A program made the translations under genes and the position numbers. Shown piece by piece: positions 63,651-64,000 of a DNA stretch of 64,000 bases. Every line of letters starts with the position of its first letter. Position 1 is the first letter of the stretch. The stretch is from Thalia democratica (Eukaryota). Where the stretch lies: positions 42,036,001 to 42,100,000 of the forward strand of contig OZ241832.1 in assembly GCA_965202585.1 (NCBI GenBank). The letters are read 5' to 3'. The notes beneath the pieces are model-generated. The model saw nothing but the letters and a program-made list of their open reading frames with translations, searched no databases and was not told the DNA's origin.

Positions 63651-64000
63651 TCTTTTAACGAACTTTGAATGATAGTTTTTTGTTTCTTTTTAGATTTTAT
63701 GTTTACCTATTTATTAAAAAAAAAAGTCCATTAGATTTTATAAATCATGTGACGTTTTTTTTATAGTATTATTTTTAAAAGTATTAGCAATTTTGCAGTA
63801 ATGTCAAGTCTTAATACTAAATGATTCAGTGCAATGTTCGTTTTATTTTGAAATGCTATATATTTCTTGTTTTTGCAATCATTAACTTAATGTTTAATGC
63901 CAAACATTATTATCTTGCATAGAAATAAATTTAACTCTTTAATATTTTCTCTATTTGTTGTGATGCAAGTTGAAAAATTACTTAAGGTTTTTCAAAAGAT

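Overview
Very AT-rich, intron- and transposon-rich animal genomic DNA. It is most consistent with a hydrozoan cnidarian such as Hydra; this is inferred from composition and repeat types and was not verified. Four + strand protein-coding genes can be assembled by hand with GT-AG junctions and consistent phases: (1) a 2-exon orphan gene ending in 13 copies of a 7-aa S-T-(G/E)-(S/G)-N-R-N repeat (12150-14670); (2) an intronless KHDC4/BLOM7 homolog (24523-25941); (3) a 14-exon MAP3K7/TAK1 gene, 596 aa (26684-45744); (4) an 8-exon, 637-aa gene with a Crypton-type tyrosine-recombinase-derived DUF3504-like domain that lacks the catalytic motifs (54516-60917). The rest is decayed mobile DNA: hAT/Buster, Tc1/mariner, Mutator/foldback MITEs, and CR1 and RTE LINE 3' ends. 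The most striking non-coding signals are six type I hammerhead ribozyme motifs in three families, each locus a divergent inverted pair (Penelope-like/retrozyme architecture), including a tandem pair bounding a 331-nt unit; and an unidentified ~120-nt repeat in 8 copies whose GNRA-capped hairpin shows compensatory changes. No database searches or folding programs were run; homology calls are from recognition of protein and RNA motifs.
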